64,000 nt of DNA, from assembly GCF_009914755.1 (NCBI RefSeq), contig NC_060931.1; one strand, 5' to 3'. The DNA is from the human T2T-CHM13v2.0 reference genome, Homo sapiens. Shown piece after piece: positions 1 through 17,317 of this stretch. The notes beneath the pieces were generated by a model, which saw only the letters and a list, made by a program, of their open reading frames with translations, was not told the origin of the DNA and made no database searches. A program made the translations under genes and the position numbers. Positions within the stretch are counted from its first letter, which is position 1. Every line of letters begins with the position of its first letter.

Positions 1-1140
1 ACATATTTTTTTACAACAAGCCACATGGACTTGTTAAAACTAGGATTTAAACACAACTGTAGGGAAATCGTTATCTTAAGGTGAATTGCTTAAGAGGGAA
101 ATTGCATTTGGACATGGGGGGCTCGGTGCAGTGGTTTATGAGTATAGAGCTCTGTCCTGAACAAATGAAGCATTTAGCTGCCACCTGTATTATGTATTGA
201 TGTTACTAATCCTAGCAAAGTTAAGAATAAAAATTGAGCATTTATACACACCAATCTGGAGAAAAGAGGAATTTAAATTACCTTTCAGACTGTGAGTTTA
301 ATTGAAATGCTCCCATTTATTTCAGTCTAATGATAGTGGGTTTGCTGGATCACATCACCATTCTTTGAAATCTGCTTTATTCTTTCACATAGCACAGGAC
401 CTGCAGTCTTCATCTCTGGAGAGCATTCCCAACAACAAGTAATGCTTACCTGCAAATTGGAATGCACCAGAGTCCTATTTAAAGGCCAGCCTCACTGACT
501 GACTGGCAGAATGAACGGGGAGAATGTATGCTTTATGCTCATACAGCTTCTTGAAAAAATGGACTGTGTAGAGTCAAGTTATTATTATAGTTATTTTCAT
601 TTATTTGTCAAGTGCCAAGGAATGCACTTGACAAAGCAAAAAGAGGAAGCTCAAGACAATATGTGTGTCCCCTAGATAATGTTGTTCCAGGAAAATAAAG
701 TTTATTCATCCTCAAGGCAGATGTATGCATTTTTTAATCAACTGAGTATTCCATGAAGTTCTTTCCATAATTTTTAGCACATAAAACTTTTCTCGATTGA
801 AATCATTGATTGTCCTTATCAACCCAATATAAAATAAAGTAAATGTTTGTTCTTCAGAGAGGATTCCTCCTGTAAAAACTTCCAGAATCACAAAAATGAT
901 ATTGTCTATTCACTCCTGTCATTTTTGAAAGTAATATTTCCTTCAAGATACACATGCCTCCTACACAAATTGTCTTTGCAAATGTTACTAAGTCTTTCTC
1001 TCTCACTTGATGAGAGAAAGAGAGAACATCTGTCTTTCTCCAGATGCCCTTTCTAGAACATGCCCTGAAACAGTCATACTAATTCTATCTGAATTTATTT
1101 AAATAAACACTGATACGGCACCATGTCCCTGACACTTCTA

Positions 1141-2716
<1,576 letters not shown>

Positions 2717-2719
2717 ATT

Positions 2720-3406
<687 letters not shown>

Positions 3407-4541
3407 AAGATATGCAATTCTTTAATTTAAAAATTCTGCTTTTTCATAGAGCTATCTGTTTCTTTCGCTTTTTTGACTTTTTCTTTATGTCTATCACCAG
3501 CTCTAAAAGCTAACTTTTCGGTGTCAGGAAAGGTGGTGCAGTTTGTGTCACTGCATAAGCATTATTACACATGTGTAACAACAATCATTGCCAGACAGTG
3601 CTTAGGTGCTCAAACAGACTGCAGGACTGTGTCTGACACCTCAGTGTTTCAACACATGCAATTCAAATAGTGCCTCATTAAAATTACAGATTACTGCATG
3701 CCAGGGACTCACATCACTCAACAATACTCAAAACTATGAATGTTAAATCCATAAATGTCACGATTTCATTACAGCAGGAGCTTAGAACTAGAAAGTGTTT
3801 CATTTTCTTAGATATTTTCTGGTGACCACCACTCCCATATACACACACATAGTTTTCTTTTGTGTCATTCCATTGTGGAAAAGTTTTCAAGAGGATTGTT
3901 TTATCTTTGAAAAACATTGCTCTGAAAACCTATGCCAGGTCAATGTGAGTTACATATTTTCAAGGAAGCTTACTCTTCTACTTTTGTCTATGTTTCTTTC
4001 AATCTGCTTCTCTCTTTTTCTCCCTCACATTGCTTTGTTTGTTTTGTTCATGCACAGTATTTATATTTAACTCAGCCCAAGTGTTCATATTATCTTAACT
4101 CAAGATGTAACATGGGGAATTTTTCCAATTAAATATTAATTATTTTCATAGCTAGAATTTTCAATTAAAAAATTCAGGAATCAAATTTAAAAAATATACA
4201 ATGATTAAAGGACATTCATTTGCATTCATGATTTATACAAAGCAAAACTTAGAAAAATGTGTAGGGGAAGTGATCTCTGGTATGTGTGTGATCAATGATC
4301 AATTGCTGTTTTATTTCTTTACTACCTTTTCCATTTTCATTTTTTCCCTTCTCAGGGAGGTATTTTATACCAGGAAGTGTATGTTTTTAACAATGTTCTA
4401 TAGAAAGTGTTGCCTTACTTTATACCTGTAATATTATTACATTGTTTAGGCTCTTGCTACACAGAACATTGCTTATCTAATGCTTTTGCCAACAGTTGAG
4501 GGGTTTCTTTTACTCTAATATTTTCCTTTTTTACTCTTTCT

Positions 4542-6090
<1,549 letters not shown>

Positions 6091-9073
6091 TGTTTCACAG
6101 TATTCAGTACTGAGTTAGCATCACGATATCGTCTTCTAAAGGAATTCCAGTGCATGATATGCCAGTTGAGAATTAAATTAAGTGCTATGGGAGTAAGAAA
6201 AGAACAAATTGGTTTACTTTGAAGTTATATTTTGTCAATGATCAAGAAATGATTGCATCTATAGACTGTTTACCATCTCCTGATTTCTTAACGTAAGAGA
6301 ACAGGGTAGAGTAGTTAGAGAAAAGCATGTAGCAATTTATTTTGAGTATTAATATTCTCCCCTCCAAATATTCTATGTATTTCTTGTATTTTGAGAATTC
6401 AATATAATTTTATTTAAATAATGGGAAAGTTATATTTTAGTTATAAAGTATTTCTTGAGAACACAGCATAACTCATCTGCAATTTATACTGCCTAAAATA
6501 AAGACATTTTGCGGGCCATTTGTATCCCTACCTACCCAAATTACAGAAGAGCACCTCTAGGAGCAACTCCAGAGATCTGAAAACATATGATACAAATCTC
6601 TAAATTAAAGTTTAATAGGAATTTAATTCAAGCTGCCAATAGCAGTCATAATCTACAATGGCTAATGTGACATCAGTGTCCCACGTAAATGAATGGCTTG
6701 TGTAAAGGAAGGATTTGAGAAGGAAAAATATATTTTATCTGTGACCTGTTCGGTGATTCAATCAGGAGTCTTTAGCACTGAATTAGCTTTTCTGCCTCAG
6801 TTCCCCTATTTCCTTAGCACTTAATTATTTTCCTACAGTCTTCACTAAATTAGGGTTCCAAAAAAACTGTTTTAAAAACACACAATGCATAAATGCAATT
6901 TTGATTTAATCAAATTCAGTCATAAAATATTTATGACAATTTCATCATTTATTAATTGCTTTAAGAAAATCTTTGCCCCTCGTCTAGAAACTTTTGTGTA
7001 ATAAAAATACACTATAACTTTAAAAAATTTTAGGAATGACAACTAGAATTAGCAAAACCAAAGCTAAAACCAAACATTTGTTAGGACTGTAAGTTCAGAC
7101 CCTTCTAATTGGTAGGTATTTCTGGAACTAATTATCGGGTACTTTGTTGATTGCTGTCCTGCATGCCAGATTTCTGTTCAGATGAGTTGGTTAGAGCATC
7201 TTATTGTAGAAGGTCAAAACACTTGGTCACCTCTAGGTCTTATGTAATTGCTGATCTTACATAATTAATTGAATAGTTTTAAAAAATCTTATTCTGCAGG
7301 CATAATGAAGCTAGGGATTTGGGGGTGGATCAAAGCAAATCCATCATTGTTTCTGGAAAAGGAAATCAAAATATAAGTCCTGCAAGTGGTAGGTGAGTAA
7401 CATCACCTTTCCAGATGAGGCCGATATAGCACCAAGAACCCTCCCACATGGTTCTTGGGTATGATTCATCACTAACTTGCTCTGTCACCTTGGACAAATC
7501 ACTCAACTCCCCTACATGAAGGCCAAGAGAAACTTGAGGTTACCATGCGAAAGTACTTTCAAAAATTCTATTAAAAATGCCCCCATTGCCTTAGGAAGAG
7601 GGTGCCATTTTATTATGACCTACATATGCAGAAAATTACTAGGAAGTTTGTACTAGGAAAAGACACGAATATCATGGGAAAAATAGCAAGGAAACTATTT
7701 AGCTTAGTAAAATCATAACTGTAGAAATTCTGTAAAATTTTCTTCTAAAGTTTATTAGATTCCACAGTCATAAAAATCTTTAATCTAAAAAAAAGAAATA
7801 ATACACATTTACATAATGTGTACTGTATGCCTGACACTCTTCTAAGTATTTAACCAAAGCTAGGTCTCATCTCTTGAGAAGGTTAATTAGTTTTTGGTTT
7901 TGTTTAGTACCTAGCACTGGGGAGATGACCTCCTAGAACTGCGATTTCAGGTTTAACAAGACTAACCTAAAAAAATTTAGCTCCTGTTCATTCCTGTTGA
8001 TGTTTTGTAATCCATGGCAGAATTTTAGTGTTCTATTTTAAGATTTTAATCTCTGGAAAATTCAAATCCTCTCGAGATTTAGCATGCATGAATGTTTGAT
8101 GCTTTCTGAGAGTTTTCCACAGTAGGTAGAAAGCAAGAAGTATTTCCATGAGTGTCTAATATAGAAGAAGGGGCCAGTGAGCAGAAAGGGATTCACTAAG
8201 AATATCAAACTGAAGAAAAAGAATACAGAGTACTGATTACAGGAAATGAAAAAGGTATCTAAGGTGAGGTATGTAGGAATAAAAAAACTGAGGCTCAAAA
8301 ACCAATTTCCTACTTTATAATGTTTCCTAGGACCCCTGCCTTCATGCTATAAACAGAATAACCTACTAAGTATGACTCTTTAACTTACATATGTTTATCA
8401 GTTTTGTCCCATTTCAAGTTTTCCCTGATAACAAAGGAAGAGAAAAGTTATAGGGATGGGGGTGACAAGAGGTAAATTAAAACTGTTAATTAGCCAAAAG
8501 AAGAGACTATTATCCTGTAAAGAGCATAACATTAAATATAATATTAATTCAGATAACATATTTATTAAGTGCATATATACAAATGGGAAAGACAAGTAAT
8601 AAGTAAATGCAAAATTAAATAGATTGCATACAAAGGAGGTAGAGATGATTGCTAGAGAGGAAATTAAAGAAGAATAAAGCTGAAGTATATTGTTGGTGGT
8701 GGAGTTATTTTAAATGGAGTGACCAGAGAGGGTTCTGTAATCAATTTGTATCGAAGCAGAGACCTAAATGAAGTGGCAGAGGTTGATGTGCAGATGTGTG
8801 AGTGAATAGATTGCCAGGCAGTGAGAACTGTAAGTGCAAAGGCTGTGAGGCAAGTGCATGCTTGGTGTATTCAAAGAATGAAAATACAGTCAGTGCAAAT
8901 GGAGTGATGTATTAGAGGACAAGAGCTGGAGGAAATGAGATTCATGAGGCAATGGGCTCCCGATCACTCATGCCTTGAGGACACTGTAATGACTTTGAGC
9001 TTTACTTTGAAAGTATTGAGAAGCCATTGGAGAGTAAAGTATATTAGTCTGGCTGCTTTGCTCGGACTAGACT

Positions 9074-9928
9074 TAAAACCAGCCCAAATATCCCATGGAA
9101 CAGATGCTCATGGTTTATTTTGAATTAACATAGAAATTGACCCTCCCAGTTTTACAGCTTGAGAAAGTTAACATTTGTCTTATCTGAGCTCCTTTCTCAG
9201 GAAACCAATTATCAGGCCTCCCAGATAGTATCAAGAAACTGAAATTTACCAGATCACTGCATCTGGACAATGACACTCCAGACCCTTCATTCATCATGAT
9301 TACTTCCATACCCCTCCCTAATTCCCGTTTTCCCACACATGGTTACTTTTTTTTTTTTTTTCCTGCTGTATAAACCCCTAATTTTAGTGAGTTGAAGAGA
9401 TGGATTTGGGACTGATTTTCTATGTCCTTGCCTGCAGCACCTGAATAAAGCCTTCTTCCTTGGCAATACTTGTTGTCTCAGTGACTGGCTTTCTGTTTGA
9501 TGAGCAACAGGGCCTTAGACCAAATCCCTGGTGTTTTGGTAACTGTATTAGTCCATTTTCACACTGCTGTAAAGAACTACCTGAGACTGGGTAATTTATG
9601 GAGAGAAAAAGGTTTAATTGACTTACAGTTCTGCAAGGCTAGGAGGCCTCAGGAAACTTCCAATCATGGCAGAAGGCAAAGGGGAAGCAAGGACCTTCTT
9701 CACATGGCAGCAGGAGAGAGAGAGAGAGAGAGAAAGAGAGACAAAGGGAAGTGCCACACTTTTAAACCATCAGATCTTGTGAGAACTCACTCACTATCAC
9801 AAGAACAGCATGGAGAAAATTGCCCCATGATTCAATCACCTCCCACCTGGTTCCTCCCTCGACACATGGGGAGTACAATTACAGAAGAGATTTGGGTAGG
9901 GACACGGATTCAAACCATGTCAGTAACA
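9074..9928 (+). mobile_element. ERV solo LTR (LTR47-like) with a MaLR LTR inserted at its 3' end
   Basis: It starts TAAAACCAGCCCAAAT, has a TATA-like TATAAA (~9369) and AATAAA (~9445), and ends GTAACA. TSD GACT at 9070-9073 and 9929-9932. Confidence 0.75.
9544..9922 (-). mobile_element. MaLR solo LTR (MSTA/THE1D-like)
   Basis: Termini TGTATTAGTCC...AAACCATGTCA and a perfect 5-bp TSD GTAAC (9539-9543 / 9923-9927). Confidence 0.9.
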
Positions 9929-10734
9929 GACTGTGGGAAGGCAGATGGATGAAGAGAAACTAGCTAGGAAGCAATGATGGTTTGGATCAAGGTGGAGCAA
10001 TGTAAGTGGTGAGAACAGGTAAAAAAAAAAAAAAAAAGTCAATAAATATATTTGGTTATGAATTTTTTCATTAAAACAAATACTAGTTAGCAGGTACATG
10101 GGTCAAGTAGAGTGTTCAATGCTGGGGAAATAACAAACAGGACAAAGTCCATGCCTGCCATCGGTAAATGCATAGCTTAATGGGGGCAGATGTATAAACA
10201 TGGTTTTAATTTCTTGTATGCTAATTGAATTGAGTAAAAAGGAAAGAATGATTACTTTTGCTTAGGGAATGGGAAGCATCCACACAAACTACCCAGAAGA
10301 AAAGATGCTTGGGGTCAATAAAGAGGAGCACAAGTGTGGCAGAAGGTAAAGGAAGGCAAAGAGAGGGTTGCCAACAGCTTATACAAAGGAACACGGCCAT
10401 GGACAAGGGGCAATTAGCAGTGTCGTATGTCTAGTGCATCTATTCCAGCCCAGAGTGTAGTGAACAAAGCTGGGAAAATATGGAGTGAGGGCAGGGAAGA
10501 TGATGAGATAATCTGTGTATCACGATGAGGGTTTTGCACACTTTTGGCAAAATTATGGGAAACCATTGAAGGATTTTATAGAACAAAGTAGAATCAGCTT
10601 CACATCCTAGAAATATCAAAATTCTTTGTCAATAGGAGCATTTCTACTTAACTCTAGTTACATAGTTACATTGTGGCAACAGAGTACTATATAGTAAAAA
10701 ATATTATACTGCTTACTTTTCAAACATGGCAAAC

Positions 10735-10980
10735 AATCTTTTATTGACCAGTTACTGTGTCAGGCACTGGGTAGAGGGCATTGCTCACACGAATTCATCA
10801 GATCCTCACTAATGCCCAGTGAGGTTATTACTATTCTTATGACCCCTTTTTAAAGATAGAGAAACAAATGCTTAGAGTTTCAGCAATTTACCAAATTCAC
10901 ACATAGATAGTGATAGGAGGGGCAGGCTGGGCTGGGCTTCCAACCCAGCATCACAGGCCATGCTTTTCATCACTCTAGAT
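10735..10980 (-). mobile_element. MIR
   Basis: TTATTGACCAGTTACTGTGTCAGGCACTG...ATCCTCAC...GAGGTTATTACTATT...GATAGAGAAAC matches antisense MIR. Confidence 0.7.
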
Positions 10981-13062
10981 AGTGCTTTGATGTTCTTGAA
11001 AGGGCAACAAAGGTGACTAGGAACAGGCTCTTCTAAAGACTGATTACATTAAATAAAATCTCTTCACAACAGGCTGACCTAAATTATAATTTCTTAATTT
11101 AATTATGTAGGTTGCAAAGAATGAAAGGAAATTAATAATGTTCCAGATGTTGGGAATGAATTCATTAAGTCTTTAGAATGAATTTACTTATAGATTTGTT
11201 GAGTGACACCATTTTCATTAGAGCTTCCTGGTATAAATTTTGACTTGTAAAGACAGATATTCAAATCCACTTCGGCTATGTCCACCCAAACCAGGAAAGT
11301 TTTCTTGAATGACGTTTTCTCACTCCTTTGCAAACTGTTTTCTCGATAATCTGCAGAATTTGGCTGCAGTTAGAGATGTCCAGTCACTGCTGCTCAATAC
11401 AATGAAACTTTCCTGCCTAAAGAAATTCAAGGAATAAAGAATTAGGGCTGGAAAGAAGAAGAGAAAGTGATTATCAGAAGTTCAAATCCTGTTGGCAATA
11501 ATTTGTTAGAGGTTGAGAAGTAATTACTGATACATTGGATTTGCTACTAGCAATCCTTTTAAATATATTCTATATTGGAAAAAATAATACAGACTCAAAA
11601 TTTCTCAGAGAATTACCAAGTTATCTGGAGAATGTCCAGAAATGTGAAATCAAAGATCAAGTCCAAATGTCCAGGGTCAGTTTCTAAAAAGCAGATTAGT
11701 TGGATGCAAGGGACAATTTTATGTGAAAAGATAAAATTCCTAATCCACTGGCAAAAGTATCTATAAATAAACCACTCAAGCAAGTTTCTTTTGTACATTT
11801 AAAAAATAAACATAAGACAATTATCTGGCTTGCTTTGAAAAGTTTGTTGAAGGAAACTGTTGCAAACACTAAAGGAGATTAATCATGACTTGAGGTCATG
11901 ATTAAACAGAGGTAAGGGTTTAATTCAGTTTAGATTTTTTAACATTAAGTAAGATAGATAAAAGGAACAAAAGTTGATTTCAAAACATTATTTAGACCTT
12001 AATATCAAGTTATCATGTACAGTACCATGTCTAAGATAAGACATATCTTTGATAATATAGTAAGTCTCGACAATGCACCAATCTCTTAATATTTACTATA
12101 ATATTTTGTTGTCTCATCTTTTACATAGTATATACTGAAATTAAATTACTTTTAAAATCCTCATTCTCCTGTTTTACATTATTCTTGCACTAGTTTGCTC
12201 AGTCCTTTCAAGGTTTAATCTGGTTCAGCAAATGTGTCCGTGCATCAAAGTCTTCACTCCTCTGAAAAGGGCAAGTTTTTACCTGGCCCAATGCCCTGTG
12301 TTGTTCAGACATCAGACGTAGTTTGCTATGTCACTCCTCATTGCTCTGAGGTTAAAACTGATTTTGTGGAGGTGGCTGGCAAGGGTCTCTTGTAATTGTT
12401 CTCATCTTCGTTGTTATGGAGATGGAACTTATACAGTTTTCTCCCTGCTTAGTTTATCATGCTTCGTATCCAACAGCACAGTAAACAACCGATTAGGTGA
12501 CCTACTTAGGTCTGCCAGCATGAATTCGCAGACTTCTGTTATTTAAGGTGTGTGATTACTTGAATCTTCCCCTGTGGTCCAGCTTTTTATTTCTACTATC
12601 TTTACATTTTCAGTGTGTTGTTTATAAGTGGATTCATTTGCTCTAAATACTTTGTTTATTGCCTTCTGTTCAGAAAGAAGTAAGAGACTGGGTCCTAGGC
12701 TGAAAATGTGAATTTTAGATCTATTATTATTGACATAATCCTAAAATCTATACTTCTTCAAGGACACAAAATTGTGCAGCATGCCAAAGCAGTGCCCTGA
12801 TGTTGTCAGGAACACTCAACACCACTTCTCACAATTACGAGCAGCTGAAGAAACAAAGAGGCAAGAGGAAATAAATGTGGTTCAATTTGTCTTGCCTGGC
12901 TTACTATTACAATAAATGAGAGGGGAGAAAGCAAAAGAGGTTGAGTTAAGGTATAATGAGAAGGGGGAGAGGGTAAAGTATCCTTTGGAGAACATAGCAT
13001 ACTATGAAGAAGGTTTGTAGAAGTCTGGCAACATGAGTTTAAATTTTGACTCCATGGAAGAT

Positions 13063-13275
13063 GCTGTTGGTGGCCTGCCCAGAATCCCATTACTGGATTG
13101 GTATACCAGCCCTCAATTTCAGAGTTGGCTGCAAATGGCTCACAGCTGTCCTGAAAGCTGCCTCATCCAGAAAGTTATGCTTATCCTCCTCCTCCAGGTG
13201 GCCTACATACAATGACCTATGCATGCAAAAGTCAAGCCCCTTTTCCTTGAATTGGGGTCAGTTCTGTAATAGGCA
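13063..13275. mobile_element. Old ERVL LTR fragment (LTR16-like)
   Basis: GGCTGCAAATGGCTCACAGCTG...CAGGTGGCCTACATACAATGAC...AAAAGTCAAGCCCCTTTTCCTTGAATTGGGG resembles the LTR16 family as recalled. Confidence 0.5.
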
Positions 13276-14559
13276 TTATGCTTCATTGTCCTCTCTAACG
13301 AAATGGGGGAGATTAGTGACACTCATTGTTTCCTTGCAGCTCTAAAATTCTGTTTTAGGGTAGTCAAGACCATTGGATCATTTTTATCTGTAAGTTCTTT
13401 CTGCTTCAGATGTTCTGTGTGTTTTTCAATGTTGGGCATTTTTGGTATTTGATGCAGGCTGATCATGACTAAGTCGTCATTCAATTCCAGTTTTCTTCTT
13501 TAGCTATTTTTTCCTTTGCCTTTGAGTGTACATGCACTGGAATGGGGAGACAAATTACCTAAAGCAATGCGGCTATAAATTATTAATGATTCCTAACTTC
13601 AGGAATGTGTGCCAGCATATTGGCCTTGTTACTGGGAAGCAGGTAAGGGTTCTCATCTCAACTGTTCTTTAACTCTGGAAAAGAAGAAACAATTCACCTT
13701 ATTTTCTTATCTTGCACAATTATTAAATAGTGCACAAAAATAACCTCCTTTGATTGGGAAATAGTTCAGCAAATCATCTGAATTAGCATCCATGCACAGG
13801 ATTGTAAAATATTAGAAAAACATTAGAAGAATGTTCTTAAAAGCAGGACAGATAACCTCCTGGATGCGTTCTTGCTAAAGCAAGGTCTATGCTGTGTGAT
13901 TAAAGTCACAGCCTGAGGCATAATGGTACAATTCACCTCACATCCTTATTAACCAAAACTGTCTCTAGTGAGTATTGTGAAGATGTGTAAATTGACATCA
14001 TCTCCGATTTTTAGCAATTTCCAGTAAGAGTTTTGAAGTGAAATTGTGACTCTAAACTCCAAGCACAATCTCAGACAACACAGCAACCTTGTAGGCCAGT
14101 GAGAAATGTACAGAGATCTCTATCAGGTACAGGATAGTCAGGTATGTGACTTCCTGTTGAATAACAACGAGGCACAGTTGCATGCATCTTGGCCCTCCAA
14201 AAAGTACTTGGGATCTGGAATAAAGACAAGCAAGTAATGTTTGAGACTACTCACTTGAACAGAATAGCAATTTCTTCAAACCCTCAAGACAATATAACAG
14301 ACATAGATAAATGTACAATTAAAAAAAAATGGTCTGTACAAACATGCAAACCCCCTCTTTGGAATAGTAGATTAAAAACATCTAAATTGCTCTGAAGCTT
14401 CATAGGCATCTGAATTTTTAATGAATTGAAAAATATCATATTGACTCTTTACAAGTTGTAACATGCTTACATATTTATATGATCCTTGTTAAACATTACT
14501 GCTATAATTGGTTCTGGATTAAAAGCCCAATAAAATATAAATGAAATAAAGTCTTATAG

Positions 14560-15030
14560 AGGATGTTAGTGTTTCTCTATTTTCATCTCTCCCTCAACTC
14601 CAATTCACTTCTACTCGTCTCTGTGCCTGCAAATGTTGAGCCCTTTAGTGTAAATTACCGGGGCTCCTTGTCTTCTGGCTTCCAGGTGAATTGGGCCAAT
14701 AGGAGGAACTCACAGGAAACAGGAGGGTCGGGGGAGAGAGAGGCTGGGCATTGCATCCCCTTCTTTCTTTCTGTATCTCCAGTCTGGTAGGGGCTGCCTA
14801 ATCCACAACTACAGGTCCTGTTGAGCAACTGACTCCTGTTGCATGGCTGCAGCTCCTCAGACTCTTGTATAATAATATCATTTCCTCCTCTTGCCCTGCA
14901 GGTGGTGGTTTCATGCTGTGCTAGCCTAGCTGCTGGCTGCCCGCTCCTCTGTAGATACTCCCTTACTCAAATCCTCCTAACAATCCTAGTGGACTGGGTC
15001 TTGTTTCTTGCCAGGCCACTGACTAATATA
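14560..15030 (+). mobile_element. Old ERVL LTR (LTR33-like)
   Basis: GGGCTCCTTGTCTTCTGGCTTCCAGGTGAATTGGGCCAATAGGAGG...GGAGAGAGAGGCTGGG, with a 3' end CCAGGACCACTGACTAATATA. Confidence 0.6.
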
Positions 15031-15398
15031 TGAATTCTCCTCCTATTCAGACTCTGTTAGGTTAAAATTAGGAAATCTCAGTCTTCCTCAAATGCCTGCT
15101 TATAGCAGAAAGGGTCAGGGTACAGAGTATAGAAGGAAAGAGGGCTGATTTCTTTATGTGGAAGTATTTCAAAAAAAGATTCCTACTGCACCGTCCACCA
15201 CACCAAATCCCTTCACTTGCACCTCTGCAGCATTCTCCCTTCTCATTATTTATCCAGTACACTGAGTACTCCCCTGCCTCAGGTCTTCATTCTTGCTGTT
15301 TCCTCTAAATATTTCTCGGAAATGTCTGGAGGAATAGTGTTTGTTTGCCTCCTCACTTCTGCAGCATTATGCCCAAGCTCACATTCTCGTAGAGGCTC

Positions 15399-15951
15399 TG
15401 ATATGGTTTGGATTTGTGTCCCTGCCCAAATCTCAAGTCAAATTTTTATCACCAGTGTTGGAGGAGGTCCCTGGTGGGAGGTGATGGGGGTGGATTTACC
15501 CCTTGATATTGTCCTGATAGTGAGTTCTCATGAGATCTTGTTTAAAAGTGTGTAGTAGGCCAGGCACGGTGGCTCACGCCTGTAATCCCAGCACTGTGGG
15601 TGACTGAGGTGGGAGGATCACTTCAGCCTGGGAGGCAGAGGTTGCAGTGAGCTGAGGTGGCACCACTGCACGCCAGCCTGGGCAACAGAGTGAGGCCTTG
15701 TCTAAAAAACAAAAAATTAATAAAACTAAAAGTGTGTCGCACTTCCTTCTCTCCCTTCCTCTTGCTCCACCTTGTAGGAAAGATGTGTCTGTTTCTCTTT
15801 TGCCTTCCACCGTCATTGTAACTTTCCTGAGGTCTCCCCAGCCATGTTTCCTGTAGAGCCTATGGAACCATGAGCCAATTAAACCTCTTTTCTTTTTAAA
15901 TTACTTAGTCTCAGGTAGTTCTTTATAGCAGTGTGAGAAGGGACTAATACA
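15399..15951 (+). mobile_element. MSTA-like MaLR solo LTR inside an L2 remnant, interrupted by an Alu monomer
   Basis: Termini TGATATGGTTTGG...GGACTAATACA and TSD GGCTC / GGCCC. Confidence 0.9.
15558..15727 (+). mobile_element. Monomer-length Alu (FRAM-like, or a left/right-arm recombinant)
   Basis: A left-arm start (GGCCAGGCACGGTGGCTCACGCCTGTAATCCCAGCACT) is joined to a right-arm end (GGAGGCAGAGGTTGCAGTGAGC...). A-tail present. TSD AAAAGTGTGTAGTA / AAAAGTGTGTCGCA. Confidence 0.85.
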
Positions 15952-17317
15952 GGCCCTCTTTGTTTGCCTCAGATAAAATTTCCACTCCAGACCCTCTATC
16001 CCTTCACCCTGGTTAAGTTTAATCATGGGACTTATTTTCAACCAATGTTATTTATTTACATGTTTCAAGTATGCTTATCTTTACTAGAATATTTTTTTCA
16101 TGATGGTATTTTCATCATCAATTTACTCTGCAGGGCTCAACATTCGCAGGCATAGAGACAAGTAGAAGTGAATTGGAATTGAGGGAGAGACGCAAATAGA
16201 GAAACACTAGCACCCTCTATCAGACTGTATTTCATTTATATTTTATTGGGCTTTTAATCCAGAAGCAATTATAGCAGTAATGGTTAACAAGAATCAATTT
16301 TCTTGCACACATTCGTAGCACAATATACATTTTTTGAATGAGTGAATAATGAGAAAGAAACACATGATAAGATGTTCCATTGAATGATAAAATTCAATGG
16401 AACATCTACACCCTCTTTTCTGTGGGGATAAGGGCTAATTTATCTACAAGGTTTGTTGAACTCCTTAAAGATTAGAGACTGAAAAAAGTGCCCCAATTGC
16501 AATTAAAGTTTTACCAATGTACCGTATGAAATCTACTTTAATCTGTAGGTGAAGTAAACTATAGGTTACGTTCTTCAAGAAAATTTAAAAATGTCATTTC
16601 ATTATATTTCTGCTTCTACGTAAACATGAAGAACAACAACAACACAGTTTCTAGCTCTAGCTCAGGGCTAAATGTCCTGAGGATAATAGCATGAAGTGCA
16701 GAGGGAAGAATAGCCCAGAGTCCTGATTCAGACTTACCAAGTAGAATTTCTTCTTTCTTAACAATGCAGGGGGCAGCACTAGATAATTGGAGGACTTGGG
16801 GAAATTGAAGAAACTTGGGAGCAGAAACCACAACAAAATCACAGCATGGTAAAGCTGTAACACATTGTGGTTTCAGACAGATGAATTTGTACTTGATTTT
16901 AAACATTCCAGTTCAGAAGAGTCACAATCTTCAGTAGTTTCTATTTAAGGGCTGAAGATTCTTCCACCCCAAATATTTTCCTTAACACTTGCCTACATTC
17001 CCTATGACATATACTGTGCTTATTTCATCCTATGTTGAGGAGGTGTATGTAAATGTTGGTCACTATTCTTGGTAAAATAATCCTATCTAGTGAGATCATT
17101 TAATTACCTTATTTACCTCCATTTATCATTCAACCGAAATAGAACCTGCTGCATTTAGTAGGTGCTCAAGTAATCATTTGCTGAATTGAACTCAATGTCC
17201 TGACTTCACAGTTGTTTCTTTTATAATTATTTTACTTTTGCTATTTGGTTTAGTGTCTCACTTTTTAACATACTTCCCCCCCTCCACCATTGTTGTAATA
17301 TAATTGACAAATGAAAA

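Larger units (their letters stand above)
8480..10020 (-). mobile_element. L2 LINE remnant interrupted by nested LTRs
   Basis: CCAGGCAGTGAGAACTGTAAGTGCAAAGGCTGTGAGG is antisense L2. The L2 reads through across the LTR insertion (GGACTAGACT | GTGGGAAGGCAG). Confidence 0.7.

Noticed and set aside
16763-16779. CTCF-like AATGCAGGGGGCAGCA (and GACGCCCTCTGCTGT at 51260-51274)
   Set aside because: Both lack the conserved CC at the 5' part of the core, so they are weak matches.
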